DNA of 62,923 nucleotides, counting the filler, from Choristocarpus tenellus KU-1152 (lineage: Eukaryota > Protista > Phaeophyceae), in NCBI GenBank assembly GCA_964200185.2. It is 11 parts of 11 records of this genome, joined end to end, with 100 filler letters (N's around TTAATTAATTAA, not from the genome) between each part and the next. Parts side by side here need not be neighbours in the genome. Positions count along the whole stretch, not along the records: positions 10,702 to 16,469 come from CAXNAD020009800.1; positions 16,570 to 21,358 come from CAXNAD020013052.1; positions 21,459 to 27,458 come from CAXNAD020009200.1; 8 more parts are not named here. One strand, written 5' to 3'. The notes below the pieces were generated by a model. That model had not been told where the DNA came from. It ran no database searches and was given only the letters and a program-made list of their open reading frames with translations. Positions 11,816-24,799 of this stretch are shown here, piece by piece. A program made the position numbers and the translations under genes. Position 1 is the stretch's first letter, and each line of letters starts with the position of its first letter.

Positions 11816-13534
11816 GCCATCGTGCAAGCTCGGCATTCGATGTCTGTTTTGTCAAGTGAGCTAGGAGGACCTACAAGGGTCAAGACTATCATTGCTCTTG
11901 TTGATCAGTCCATGGAGCTACTTCAGGTGATTGAGATGCTATCAGGGTGCCAATACGCTTGCCCCACACACATCCCCCCCTGATGCCAAAAAGGTTGAAA
12001 CGTTTTTTTTTGTTTTTTTTTGTTTTGTGCGGCAGTGTTGTAAAGTAAAAAAAAAAATGTTTTTTTTTTATTATTATAAACAGATGTTCGTATCTGTTGC
12101 AATGTGAACTCGAGTGCATTGGATTTTTTGCATTAGAGTACTGAAAATGCATTGAGGAGAATTTGGCATCGAGAAACCTCCTTGGTTTGTTTATGCCCAC
12201 GTGTATGATCAACCTTTCGTACTCTCTTACTTTTTCATTGCATTGCTTTGCTTGAGTCTTTTTTTTAACCTGTAACCCTAACCCTAACCCCCGTGACTGT
12301 CGTATTCGGGCAGTACAGTACCTCTGTCTTCTTTTTGACCCTTACACACCCTCAAAAGAACTACTTAGCCTAGAACGATCATCATAACAAAGCAAAGTCC
12401 AGGTGGTAAGTGGAGGTAGCAGGTGGACACTGCATCATCCCATCGAATCAACGTTGCATGGGGGTCCTTACATTGAAGTCCCCTGTGTTGTTTTTTGCTC
12501 CAAGGAGTCCTCTGCAACCTCAGCTCCTAGCCCAACACTCCTACCAGCCCTCAAGTCAAACAATAGTGCTGTAGCTAACACACTGGGTGTACTGTATTTT
12601 GGTTCTCTTCAGTTGGCTTCAGAAAAGATGATGGCTGTGGAGGAGTGCCTGATCAAGCATCACAATATTCTGCCAAGAGCGGCCTACGAAGATCTCAAGG
12701 TGTGGTGTAGGTTGATGGCAGGCACTCTACTGCTGCTACTGTTTTGTCTGTGTTCAATGTTGTATAGTTTTTTTTTTACATATTGTGCCTCTGCTTAATT
12801 GGGTCTCTTTGAGAGTGACTCTCCCCATCGGGAATTTTTTTTTTAGACTCTTGGATTGGAGTGATTTGAATAAGGATAAGAATAGTAAGATATTTACATG
12901 TTGCAAACTGAGCTATAGTGAGACCCTTGTAGCTTGTTTGGGTGCCCTGAAGATCAACATAATGATTTCTGGACCAAAGATTTGAATATTCTTCAGTTTT
13001 GATTCAGAAATGAAGAGACCGAGCCGTGGTGTGGCTTGCCACTGTGCCATCATTTCTTTTTTTTTCTAGAACTGAAGCAACAAAAAGACACTTCAGGAAC
13101 TTTGGACACTATCAAATTTGGACCAGAGAGAGAGAGAGAGGCCCACGTACTTTAAAAAAAAAATCATACCGATTTCTCACTTATCCTTCATCCATCATCC
13201 ATTACTCGCCAAAAAGAGTTCATCACGAGACTGGGATATTAGGCTACCTGAACCCTAACCCTAACCCTAAATAGTAACAGGTGCTGAGGTGCTACATCGC
13301 TACTTGCCCAGCTCCTTGGTGGTTTTGAAAATCGATTGGCTTTTTTTAATGGTCGTGCTGCTTTGCCCGCCTCTCATCACTATCAACTCCCTAGACAGTC
13401 TCAACCCCCTTCCCGTTTCTCTACCTCGTTCTGCCCTTCACTGCGGTTCCTTGTGCTCATTGATTGCCAGCGATGTATCGTTCACGACCCCATGGAAACC
13501 GGTACGTTTTATCTAGCATCTTAGCTGTAAATCT

Positions 13535-13579
<45 letters not shown>

Positions 13580-15029
13580 TTGTTGGTGTTAGTGAGTCGT
13601 AATGACCAGCATCATGGCCCGGCGATAATGAGGGAGGGGGTTTGAGGACACGTTGTTACCAGTGCCCCTGACCGACGACCTTTGTATGAATATATTTATT
13701 TCCAACACCATGCAGTGCTTCCCTGTTGTGCCAGGGTCAGTTTGCCGTACAATAGATTTTTGAAGGGGGAAGGTCCATTCAAGTTTTATTAACTTTTTCT
13801 TGATCTTCGTGGCAATGAGGAAACGATATTTCTTCGTCAGGCGTTCAAGAATTTCACATTATATTATGTATTGTTGTAGGCAGATGGTGAACTACCACTT
13901 CAACTCGGTGACCCTCTCGGGTGCAGTGACACCATCCGACCACATGAAACTGTCTGTTAGCAAGTTTGTATCGCATTTCAAGTGCCCAACGTACAATTTG
14001 ATGTTCTGTTCCTGACTCTCAAGATGTCATGTGCCGAATCATGTAAAGCTCTCGGCGAAGTCCCCCCTCTCAAAAAAAACAAAAACACGTAAATCACGTG
14101 GAGTTACCTTTTGTCTTCACATTATTTTTTGGTATTCCTACGTAGTGGGTAAAGGAAAGGGAAAGAGGAGCTTGATCTTGTGTTCCTTGTTTATGTAGGG
14201 GTTTTTTTCTCCAAGTAGTGCCTGGATGCTGCTGGTTAGGGTCGGTCTCACAAAGGGTTGAACTTGAAAGGGATCTGCGGTTGACCTGTAATGCGTAGGA
14301 GTATTTGGTGTGAGAGATAGAGGTGGGGGGGGGTTGACAGATAGAGGTCAGGCATGTGGCAGGCATACTTACTATGAGCTTGAAGTGTTCCATGTGCTAT
14401 TTTCTTTTGTTTTTCAGGCTACTGTTGTGGGTACATACCGTGATAGTTTGTGGTGTGGTGTAAACCTTGGCATCACCAATGTAGCTAACCTCATTTTGTT
14501 TATGGATGTGTTTTTTTTATCGTGTCTGTTGAGAGGCATAGACCATTGCTGCTTTTCATTGGAAGGGTTTTGGTATTTGTTTCGTGGGCAGGAGAAGAGG
14601 ATTGTTGGTGGCAGAGGTTCGACAGTGGGGAGATAGTTCAATAGTTCGTTTTGTGGACTCACCCTGCTCTTCTCATGCCTCCTTGTGCATGATTGTGGTG
14701 GCAGTGCCTCCTAGCCTTGTTAAATCTTGTTGTGCCTTGTCTGTTTGTAAGTGGATTTTCCCCCGGGTATCTTATGCGGCAAGAAATTTCTTGGTCGTGA
14801 GCTGTATGTACCCTGCACGTTTCTGTGATTGGGTTGAAAAGATGCCTCGTCTCTTTTCAGCCCATGCCTGCCTATCTTTGATGCCCGTTCTCCTTTGTCA
14901 GATGGTCCATTGTGCTTGTTGATCATGGTGCAGGTCAAGGGCTCGTTTGCAGAGATTGAAACGTTGCTGGAGGCTTTGTTATTGGGGAAAATATGTAGAC
15001 CCTTCATGAGTCAGTTAGACAGGGTGTAA
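11816..15029 (+). CDS. Possible exons of an unidentified multi-exon gene (11816-11926, 12505-12699, from ~14418, 14934-15029)
   Basis: AG/GT-bounded open phase-0 blocks (AIVQARHSMSVLSSELGG..., ESSATSAP...AAYEDLK, VKGSFAEIETLLEALL...*); no family recognised. Confidence 0.35.
13536..13577 (+). repeat. (GA)n microsatellite
   Basis: About 21 GA units. Confidence 0.95.
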
Positions 15030-16394
15030 GAGGAGGGTGGGGAGAGTTAGAACTGAGTTAGACGCATGTTCTTCACAAAATTCCATCTATTTTATTTTGT
15101 CCTGTCCTATCTGAGGTCGGTTGTCCAAATCTGTTGTTATGGTGTGTGTTGGACATACGAGAGTACCATCAGTCTTGTTTTCCGCCCAGTCAGTACAGTT
15201 AGTGTGTTTGAAGTCCTACTCCTGTGGTTCTCTCTTTGGCATCTATCTGCTGCCTCTTATTGTTTCCCATTTTTGTGCTAGTTTATTTTATATCTCCTTG
15301 GTTTGTTATTGGTGAGAGGCAAGGATTTATTTGTGGTTGGATATAGAACTGGCCTGTTTATCTTTAGCTACTAGTATGGAGTACTTAGTGTATGGATGGG
15401 TGGAGAATTTTCGTGCAACAACATTGCTGTAGAAGCAGGGAGGATAAAGAGAAGAGAAAAATAAATTGTTTTGCACCATAAATTTACACTACAATGACAC
15501 TAAACTTTGTAGTAGTATTAGGAAGGGAGGAATGGAAGGAAGATAGAGTAGACCTTTGTCTGGCAATGCATATGGCTGTTGATAGTATTTTGTTTATCAG
15601 AATACCCAAGGACTCTCTATCTTTGGCACAACGAACAGTGGCATTATGAAAATGATGCTGATGGTGCTCATTCAACCTATCACTTCATCTATATTTGGCA
15701 AGTTATGAAAACTAGTTGTGTGTATGCCAAGGTTGATGCCGTGGTTGACTTGCCGTAGGTAGGTGCTGTGTAGACTTGTTTTTGTTGTTAGATTTCATGA
15801 AATGATTGATGGTCGGTAGGCTGAATGACTCATGAAAAGTACTACTTAAGAATGCAACTACACAACAAAAAATTCTACTACTTTGCACACAATTCAAGAG
15901 TCAATCGCTTTGTGCTGTATAATAAATCAGCACGAAAGATATCTTAAACCTTTTTTTTAAGTATGACTTTGTGCAGTGGTTCACTTTGTATTATATGTAA
16001 CATACATCCAAGAATCTGATACGTGTTGTGCTGATATCTCTGGCTTCTCATAAACTGAATCGTGAAGTAGGCTGCTCAAACACCCATCTAGGTCCCTATT
16101 TTTGCCTACGGAATCAACTGAATCTGATAAAAATAGTTGTTAAGTCCCACATTTCTTCAGGTGCTGGTGGTACAATGGTAGAGTGCATAGAGAGGTCCTC
16201 ACTCCTTCATCAAGAGTCAGGAGATTATTACCAATATGACAAGTAAATATCGGAGCAGGAGATGTTGAAAAGAGGAAAGATAGGGGTTGCCACCACTTGA
16301 GATCATGCTCTTTTCTGGCTGATTCCATAGGACGAATTATGTAATTCAATCATAACAGTGTGTGGATATTTAGCGAGTCTGTACTGAAGTAGTT

Positions 16395-16469
16395 GACTGA
16401 AAGTATCTGGGAGGGGGTGGCGGCTGTCCATTTGGGGTCAATTTTTTCATGTCGCAATTTTTGGGTTAT
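16395..16469 (-). mobile_element. MITE family B partial copy at contig end
   Basis: AAAGTATCTGGGAGGGGGTGGCGGCTGTCCATTTGGGGTCAA, reverse complement of 27705-27752. Confidence 0.8.
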
Positions 16470-16569
16470 NNNNNNNNNNNNNNNNNNNNNNNNNNNNNNN
16501 NNNNNNNNNNNNNTTAATTAATTAANNNNNNNNNNNNNNNNNNNNNNNNNNNNNNNNNNNNNNNNNNNN
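16470..16569. other. Artificial contig spacer
   Basis: N44-TTAATTAATTAA-N44. Confidence 0.98.
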
Positions 16570-16639
16570 CAGTCAATTTTGGCTCAAGCTCATCCTCAAT
16601 GAAAAGCTCCATCCTCAATTTTTGAAATCTGCTGTTAAG

Positions 16640-17175
16640 GGGGGAATCATAGAGGCACTCAAGGAGGCCGCAGTGGATGACATTATCATAGAGATCCAGC
16701 CAGTCAACTCACCCGACCTCAATGTCAACAACCTGAGATTCTTTCATTCCATGCAGCAACTGAAGGACGATGTGGGGGTGACCAACACAGAGGTCTGATC
16801 GAGGCCACAATGGATGTGTTCGTTGTGTACCCCAAGGAGACACTAGAGCGCAGAGTCAAAGCATTTAAGAGGGTAGTGCCGCGTCCGTTTGGGGTCCAAA
16901 ATCCAATATTGCAATTTTGATGCAATTTGGCTATATCGTGTTTGTCAGCAAGTGTCAACATCCTTGCTACAGACCCAGTCGTATGCTCTTTACCTACTCC
17001 AAGATGTTTTGCAAACCGAAAAGGGGCATGAAAAACTCATGGGAAGCCAAGTCCTGAACGGACAAAGAGGGCAAAACTCCTACCCTCTTAAATGCTTTGG
17101 GTCCGCATCTCGCAGAGTCTCTTTGCAGTCTATGGTAAAGTGCTGGGTCCAAGGGTGACAATGTCTTCAAAACTA
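16640..17175 (+). pseudogene. Tc1/mariner-type transposase C-terminal relic, interrupted by MITE C
   Basis: QPVNSPDLNVNNLRFFHSMQQL (SPDL motif) ... YPKETLER|ISQSLFAVYGKVL; homologous to 19184-19700(-). Confidence 0.8.
16853..17103 (+). mobile_element. MITE family C, full length (251 bp)
   Basis: TIRs GAGTCAAAGCATTTAAGAGGGTAG / CTACCCTCTTAAATGCTTTGGGTC; (C)GCA duplicated at the flanks. Confidence 0.9.
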
Positions 17176-18649
17176 CTCTTCTTAGCAAGGAATAGGCTGA
17201 GAAGGTGGGAAAGCTCCCCCCAAATACCCCGGTGGATGTAGCAAAATACCATTCTACAATGGAGTTTGGAGGTCTTCGAGGGAAGAATTATTGGTAGGTG
17301 TAGGCTACCCCATTTTGGTTGAGATGTTGGTGGGTACCTTTTAGTGTCTGCACAATGCACCCGAAAAATGTGAAAAAAAAAAACTTACTTCTTCATCAGG
17401 CCTCGCAAAATTTATGTTACATTTAATTCCGAACGAAATACACGATATATTTATTATATAATAGGTATGGAGTGAGGGTGAGAGGAAGACGATTGAAGTT
17501 TAAGGGTCCATACTATTTTATTATTTATTGTTTTGAATCAGGTGCCCAGTGGTGATTTTTTCCGAATCATCGACTAATGAACACATTTCATTCGGAGTGA
17601 TATTAATAGTTGTATTTTCGAAGTGATTGGTGGTGTTCACATTTTACATGGTGATTGAAAAATATTTGGATAATTTTTTAGTAGCAGGTTGAGATCTGGT
17701 CAGGCAATTTGTTCAGGTGGAGATATTGCATGCAGTGCTGAATTTGCAATTAGGGGTGCTAGTAGCCATCATATCTTACTTATTGTATTGCAATATATGA
17801 AGTAATTCATTACTGTTTTTATCTCCCTGTTTTGGTCTTCAGGGACTAGAAACCATCAACTGGACCCCACCTAGCCTTGACCTCAAAGGCGCCAAGCACT
17901 ACTGCTGCATTACTTGCCATTACTATGAACAAGTTATTGTTACAAGAATTGTTCTGCCCCCCACGTATCTTGATGCTTTCTCAAGAGTTGGGTTCAGCCA
18001 TCCTAATACTCAATCGATCCGCCTCCTCCCTCAATTCTCATCCAGTACTACTTGCAGTGCTGTAATCTATCAATGCCTCACAAAGCACGAGTCAGGGTTT
18101 GTGTTCTTTCTTGTTGTTTAGGGAAGGCAGGAGAGTACAGGGGGTGCGCTCTTCCATTGTCCTTACCATCTTATGGTTCGGAAGCAGACCTCCTTCAAAT
18201 GAAAGTCTGGCCTCAAACAGGTTTGAACATTCAAATATATGTATGGACTTACTTCTACTATTCATTCACGGAAAATAAATGCTAAAACTCCAGCCTGCGA
18301 ACTGCCAAATCCCATTTTCAAAGTTATCCAAAGATGAACATTTGCCAATAATAGTAGTTGACAGCCTGCACAAAGAAAGGTCTATAGAGATTAGAACTCT
18401 GCTTCCTTTCTAAACATCACCGATGCACAAGTAGAGGTAGGCTTCAACAATGGGGAATAATGTTCATCGACAAGCTGCGGGGCAGCTGACCCCACATGGC
18501 ACAAGAAGTGAAGTGCGGAGATCACACAAAGAGGACAGGGAAAGAAAGAGAAAGCTTGACAGAGGAGAAGGGCACATCTCAAATGCCTCTGCAGTGAGGA
18601 AGAAGCATGAGGAGTGGGCCGCCGCCCAATCGAGGATTCGGAAGAAGGG

Positions 18650-20310
18650 GGAGGTGACAATTGTCCCCTGGAATGTTCGCACAATGGCAATGAATGGTGT
18701 GGACGAGATAGAACATGAAAATACCCTACTGCTATTGATAACGTTTATTGCATGTGGTAAAATATGACTCTAGGAGACAAGGCGAAGCAGTAGGTACAAA
18801 TTTGAAGGCAGTGGTATACTATCTGCAGGGGAAACGAGGGTGGAATTAGAGGTGCAAAGTTCCGCACTTTCGGTGAAGGAGTTGATGGCCTACCAACAAA
18901 ACCCTGAAGGCGAAATATATATAAACATCTGGCTGGCGAAGTTTCAGATCCTGCTGTCAACCTCATCAAATGCAGTCATAGTTGTTGTAGGCTGCGCCCT
19001 AATCATGCCTACAGAGAGGGGCGAGAAAGTGGAAAGGAAATTCTCCCTCTATTCGATAGGTCTGAACCGTTAAGTTGTAGCTCTTTGAGATGATCTCCGA
19101 TTACAAAACGGACCTTCGTGTTGGATTCCTTGGAATATTTTATATTATAAAACTATGTCTCGCCTTTATTCGACACCATCAACTCACCAATCCAGGGCCA
19201 CTGTGGAGGCCGTTCGGTCTACTTCGACTGATCTAGCCAACCCGCCCTCCCGCTGCCTTTTTTTGGTCCTGGTGTGCTCTACCTCGAAATCGTTCCCCCC
19301 CAACGCCTTTAACACCTGATTGTACCTTTTGAATAGACTCTTCCACAACCTCTTAAGTGTGCCTACTTCGTACACGTGGAACATGTTTGAAACCGCATCA
19401 ACAAGTTCATCAACAGTGCCTTAACGCTCCGCTCAAACCCTTCTCCTCAGAGATGCAAAACCCTCAAATCATTGATGTTGAGATCTGGCTGCTGCTCTGG
19501 CTGCGTCATGAGGATAATGTTCCATCCCTCCTCCATCCCTGCTGCGTTCAGCTTCTGCACCGTGCCCTTGCCCGTATCTGGGGTCGCACCGTCCTGCTCT
19601 ATGGAGCCTGCTGTATGGAGCCCCCCTCCAATTCCAGTCACAGCATTTTTTCCTTGGTCGCTCGTCGTAACAGCTGCTCCATGTACCACTTAGTGTCGAC
19701 AATGACGTCGACCTCATACTCCTCGTCCTTCATGATGCAAACCCGCCCGGATCATTTCAGAAGATTTTTTGTATAATTCTTTGGAACTTTTTTTTTAAGG
19801 TAAATATTCCAAGGAATCCAATGCAAAAGTCCACTTTGTAATCGGATGTCATCCCGAAGAGCTACAGCTTCAAGGTCCAGGGACAACGGGAGTAGCAGAG
19901 AAATGAAGACTCTGGCTGGCCCTGGTTGAAAATGTCGAGCAGGTTCCCTCTACAGACAAATTGTTCATCCTTAGGGATACAAATGCCCACAAGGAAAGAG
20001 AGGTGAACGGGGAGGATATAGGAACATATATTGGTAGTTGGACTTTACAACCATGATATACTGGACAATAATAGTGGTGTGCACCTTGTGAGGTTCGCAC
20101 ATAAGAATAATCTTGCACTCGTCAACACATTTTCAGTTCACAACAGGGCAACACCTACGTGTATCCAAAGAGGTGCAAATGCATATCATCACAACATACA
20201 CTTTTCTATTCTCATTCTCACCAAAATAATCAACACCATGTCCCAAATGCGACGACTGGTCATCCTACACTTGAAATCAGATTACGATATCATACTGATA
20301 TCGATCTGAC
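18650..20310 (+). pseudogene. APE-endonuclease domain of a LINE (RTE-like), degenerate, split by a TIR element
   Basis: IVPWNVRTM, LFILRDTNA (cf. GDFNA), NNSGVHLVRFAHKNNLALVNTF and LKSDY (cf. SDH) in order. Confidence 0.8.
19072..19870 (-). mobile_element. Internally deleted mariner-like element with ~65-bp imperfect TIRs
   Basis: AAGTTGTAGCTCTTTGAGATGA...TTGGATTCCTTGGAATATTT is inverted at 19802-19870; internal IEQDGATPDTGKG and QPEQQPDLNINDL remnants. Confidence 0.85.
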
Positions 20311-20749
20311 TTTTGGATATTTTTATAAATTTGTACCCGATGTCTGGAAATGAGGTGGGGGATGTTGCTCAACAGGCAGGACAACCTATCCAGTCCACGA
20401 CCCCTGAGGACTGCATTGGTGCATTATTTGGAAAACATGCTGGTCGCTGATGATCTTGTCCTTCAACTGCGACAAGCATATTGACAGGAAGCTAACTCAG
20501 TATGAAACAGAATATTGACAACATCAAACTAAAACTAAAATTATAAAAGTAAAGAGGATCCTACTTGCCACAGGTTCCAAGGTAATAGAAGGCTCCTTGA
20601 CACCGAAAAGGGATTTTCTTGGATACTGCTACTAATATGTGGTAGACCTTTAATACAATAATAGTCACGGTATCAGTACTCAAGAAGAATAAATGACGTG
20701 GCCCACAGAGGCTGTTATAGACGTACACACTTTACTTTTCATATTTATT

Positions 20750-20912
20750 ATTATTCCCTTTGACATTTTGTAGACGTGTCAGCGGAAAAGTCAATTCAAT
20801 ATCAGAAGGACCCCTCCCTGTAAAAAAGTAGTAACAGTTGTCGTAAATGGGAAAGATATCTTCCAGAATCTATTTTACTGTTTGACTACCAGCAATTCTA
20901 CACCACTCCCAT
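20750..20912 (-). mobile_element. CRE-like LINE 3' UTR solo copy
   Basis: Clear similarity to 6905-7060; hairpin at 20760-20782. Confidence 0.7.
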
Positions 20913-21358
20913 AAAAGCTTGTAATTACAATGTTGTGTGTACACTGCTGCTATACCTAAAACCTAGAATTCCTCTACACTGCAGGGCGAGGAGCTAGGGA
21001 GTATTATTATGACTACTCAGTAGTATTGAAGTTGAAAAATAAGACTAGAGATAGGCAGCTCGCATTACTATTTACATCAAAACATCACTTGAGTGATCCC
21101 CAGACCCATGGTAAAATGTTAGTCAAATGTTGGACACAGCACGCACTCCTTGGGAGACATAGGAACAAATATAACAAAAAAAATAGTCCAGCCTAAGATT
21201 CTGAGACCAAATCATCGGAGATTCACTATAACATTAAATATTATTCAATTAGTATACATGTATATGTAGTTACAGTGCGCTCCAGAAGCTTACCTCCACG
21301 GGATGTATAGCTCCCATCTACAGGCCTATAGATGATACTGATGCACGTATAGGACTCC

Positions 21359-21458
21359 NNNNNNNNNNNNNNNNNNNNNNNNNNNNNNNNNNNNNNNNNN
21401 NNTTAATTAATTAANNNNNNNNNNNNNNNNNNNNNNNNNNNNNNNNNNNNNNNNNNNN
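21359..21458. other. Artificial contig spacer
   Basis: N44-TTAATTAATTAA-N44. Confidence 0.98.
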
Positions 21459-21561
21459 CATACATTGGATGGATAATGTAAATGCACCTTTCCTGATTTT
21501 GACCCAAATGGACACCCTGGTGTAGACTCCCCCCCCCCTCCCCCCCCGGATACTTTGGGTC
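21459..21561 (-). mobile_element. MITE family B partial copy at contig start
   Basis: Reverse complement of 46549-46645 (GACCCAAAGTATC-Gn-AGTCTACACCAG). Confidence 0.85.
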
Positions 21562-21584
21562 TTGACAAGTGTGTTGTCGAGTTA

Positions 21585-23440
21585 GAAAATTATGGCATTA
21601 TTGAACAACAACCAAGCCCTTGGGGCCCACCCAATGCCATTGTCACTAAGAAAGATAGCATTACAGATCGATATTTTCGTTGAATGCACCAGAAGTGGTC
21701 AGATGTACTCCAGTTTAAGCAGATATCTACATAGAGCCTGGTACCAAGCTTGTTGATAGGAGCCTTTGCTGAGCATGCCTTCATACTCTAGAAGTGGTTG
21801 ACTTGTGTGTTAACACTATGGAAGAACCAGGACCTGAAAAGTGTCATCCCTTGGTGTATAGTTCTATTGTCATCGTAGCCAAGTGAGTCTGATGGCTCCC
21901 CACGCTTATGTGTAGACTACCACTCGACTGTTAAGAAATATTTGGCTAGACAGACTCAGCCTATACCTGATACGGAATGGCCTATTGACACTTTAGTTAG
22001 TGCCAAATTCATCACCTTTTGTGAGTATTGGGAGATTCCAATTGCTGAAGCTGATATTGATGGAACCATCTTTGTCACTTTCTGAGTAAACAATATTTCA
22101 AGAGGTTGTCGTTTTGGATATCAAATGCTCCCTGCCAATTCAAACATATATATTTTTTGCCTTTATCAAATTTGGTCCTCTTGGTGGTGGTTTGCCCGTT
22201 TAGATGGATGATTTGATTGCTTCTTCTGCCATGTGGGAATGATATATGCGTTTACTAGAGAAGCACCTCCAAATTTAACAGGAGAAGGTTTTACCCTGAA
22301 AGAGTCAAAGGTCCAATTTGGGCCTAAAGAGATGCGTTATATGGTCATATCTTCTCGCCTGAAGGGATTAATATCGGTGAAGATTGGGTTCATGCTATTA
22401 TTGAATCACCTTAGCCCACCACTATCAAAGAACTCGATCTGTAATAAGAATGATTAATTTAATTTTCCATGTAAATTTGTACCCAGCCAAGCCACAGTCA
22501 TCAAACTGTTAGATCCTTACGAAGAAAGGCGTCAGTAAGAACAATGTAAAAAATGGGGAATGGACGAGGATGCAACATTTTCAAAGTGAAACAATTACTC
22601 AATGAACTGCGGCCCTGGTTCTTTTATTTTCTTACTTCACTGAAGAATTACTCGTCCCTGTTGATTCCAGTGAGAGTGGTATTGAACTTCAAGGTTATGA
22701 TTTAAATGTCAAACACAAGCTTGGTAAACTAAATATACTTGCCGCTCTATCCGTTATTTTCAAGTCAAGGAACAGGAAAAATCTATTGCTCCAATGTTGG
22801 CACCCCTCTATTCTGATGTACCCTGTGATAATCGTTCACATACCAGAAGTGTTCAAAATGTACATGAGTTATCTTATTCTAACGTTGAATAAGCAATGCC
22901 TGTCCAAAGTGACCGTAAACTATTCACCAGTTCCACTACTGTATTTCCTACAGTGGAAGTGGACTCCCAGCATTTGCTCAAGGAGCAGAAATCTGAGTTT
23001 GGACCATATTTCAGGCATTTACAGTCCCCAGTGTTACCCCAATTACCTGATAAGGAAACCGCTACGTCAATGTCGTATTATTTCCATCAAAATGACTTCC
23101 TGTATTGTTTAATTTACCACGGCATCTTCGTAAGACGATAACGTTTAGAGACTAGATGGTCATTCCTCGCCTGATAGCTCAAATTGTACACCACGATTGT
23201 CATTATCATTCATTATCTGGAGGCCACTTAGGTTTTAAGTCCACTCTTATCAGGTCTGAGGTTTGAGACTCGTATCGGTGACCAACATTCCATATTAACT
23301 TTTGGACCTGGTGCCGTGATTGTCAGGTATGCCAAACGTCTAAGACTACCAACGACTATCCTTTGCTTTCCAATGGCCGGATGTATATTCGTTGACAGAC
23401 CATTTCAATGTGTCATTATCGATGTGGTAGAAGCTGAGGT
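21585..23440 (+). pseudogene. Ty3/Gypsy pol relic (RT, RNase H, integrase)
   Basis: GIIEQQPSPWG, DGSPRLCVDY, YWEIPI, MDDLI, GFTLKESKVQFG, ELQGYDLNVKHKLGK, GGHLG, PFQCVIIDVV in Gypsy order; many stops and frameshifts. Confidence 0.88.
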
Positions 23441-23843
23441 ATCCTAACTCAACATTTCTGCAACTGTTTTGGTGTACTAGTACATACTACATACGAGTTT
23501 ATTGCTAAAGCATCCCTTGCCCCATGCAGGAGTAGAGAAGATAGACATTCGGTTGTTGCTTGATTGTGTAGGGTGATTCATTCGGACAAGACAGGGTATT
23601 TCAACAACTTGTCGTATCAGAAGTCATTTTCTTCAATCTTGTCCCATATGAAATAGTTCTGGCTTCATCAATGTACAACAGTAAGGCTTTGACTCTACAT
23701 ATATACACCACTATTAAGAGTGCTCTCCAATACAGATGGGAAGGGTCTGTATGAATACTCTTCCTTGTTCACATAACCACGACGGTCCATGATATTGAGA
23801 AAAATCACAAGCACACGCATTAAGAAAATCCCGAGCTTACTGA

Positions 23844-24103
23844 GAGCCAAACCAAATAAGAGATAGGGCTGCATTTTAAGAATCCTGAGAATAGGCAAAA
23901 ATATTCCGTCTTATACAACTGTAGAAACAGGCATTGCTGAATCGTGCTGTGGTGACACATTGTGTGCGAAAAGGTGCAATGTGTAATTTTTGCGCATACT
24001 TTTTTGTACAAAATGCAATGAGATAGAATGTATTACTCAGGGTACGAAAAATGCCTTACAATGCAAGATAGTCCACCTGCCTACCTCTCAATTGGTTTGG
24101 CTC
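23844..24103 (+). mobile_element. MITE family E, full length (260 bp), TSD TGA
   Basis: GAGCCAAACCAAATAAGAGATAGG / CCTACCTCTCAATTGGTTTGGCTC; TGA on both flanks. Confidence 0.85.
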
Positions 24104-24799
24104 TGAATATATATTGAAAACCAACAACATTCAACTTCGACACATAGCCTTGCACTGTCAGTCATAACTCGGCATATCTCTAAAAAGATCCATCTACAAA
24201 GTGTTTGTTGAGTATGTCTGCTTGCTGCATCTTTGACTTGGCATGCATGATATCCATTTGTCCCCTGACTACCTAGTCCCCCTGAAAACGACTTTTATAT
24301 ATCTTATGTGCTTGTTTCTTGAACTGGGGGTGTTAGCCAAATGAATGGCCCTTGCATTGTGTTTGTACGCAACATATCAGGGAACCAACCTAGACAGGGT
24401 GTAAAAACTCAACTACCCCCGGTTAGGCGCTCAAATACACCTGTTCGTACAGGTCAGATTAGATGAAGGTATCCTCGACATCTAGATGTCACAGTGTTTG
24501 GTCCAATCCACATCCCAGAACAACCACCAGTCTTATGGAAGAAGTTACACAACCGGAGTTTACAAAGTAGTCAATGCTATACTCCTGGCCAAAGCCTTGG
24601 GCCACTTCATATAGGCTCAGCAACAATCCACTTGAAAACCCGCTGCGACCCAATTGCTGTAGGGGACACACTGGTGAAAGTGTGTACGTAAGTAATTTTG
24701 ACAATTTTCTGACAACATTGACGACGCCTCCATCCTTGGTACAGACTAGAACTGTCAATAGTGACCACCTTCCTCTACCTATCTTTTTATATATTGACC

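Noticed and set aside
11519-11836. Poly-Pro/poly-Gly ORFs (also 27507-27906 and 46421-46624)
   Set aside because: Translations of C/G homopolymers, mostly within MITE arms.
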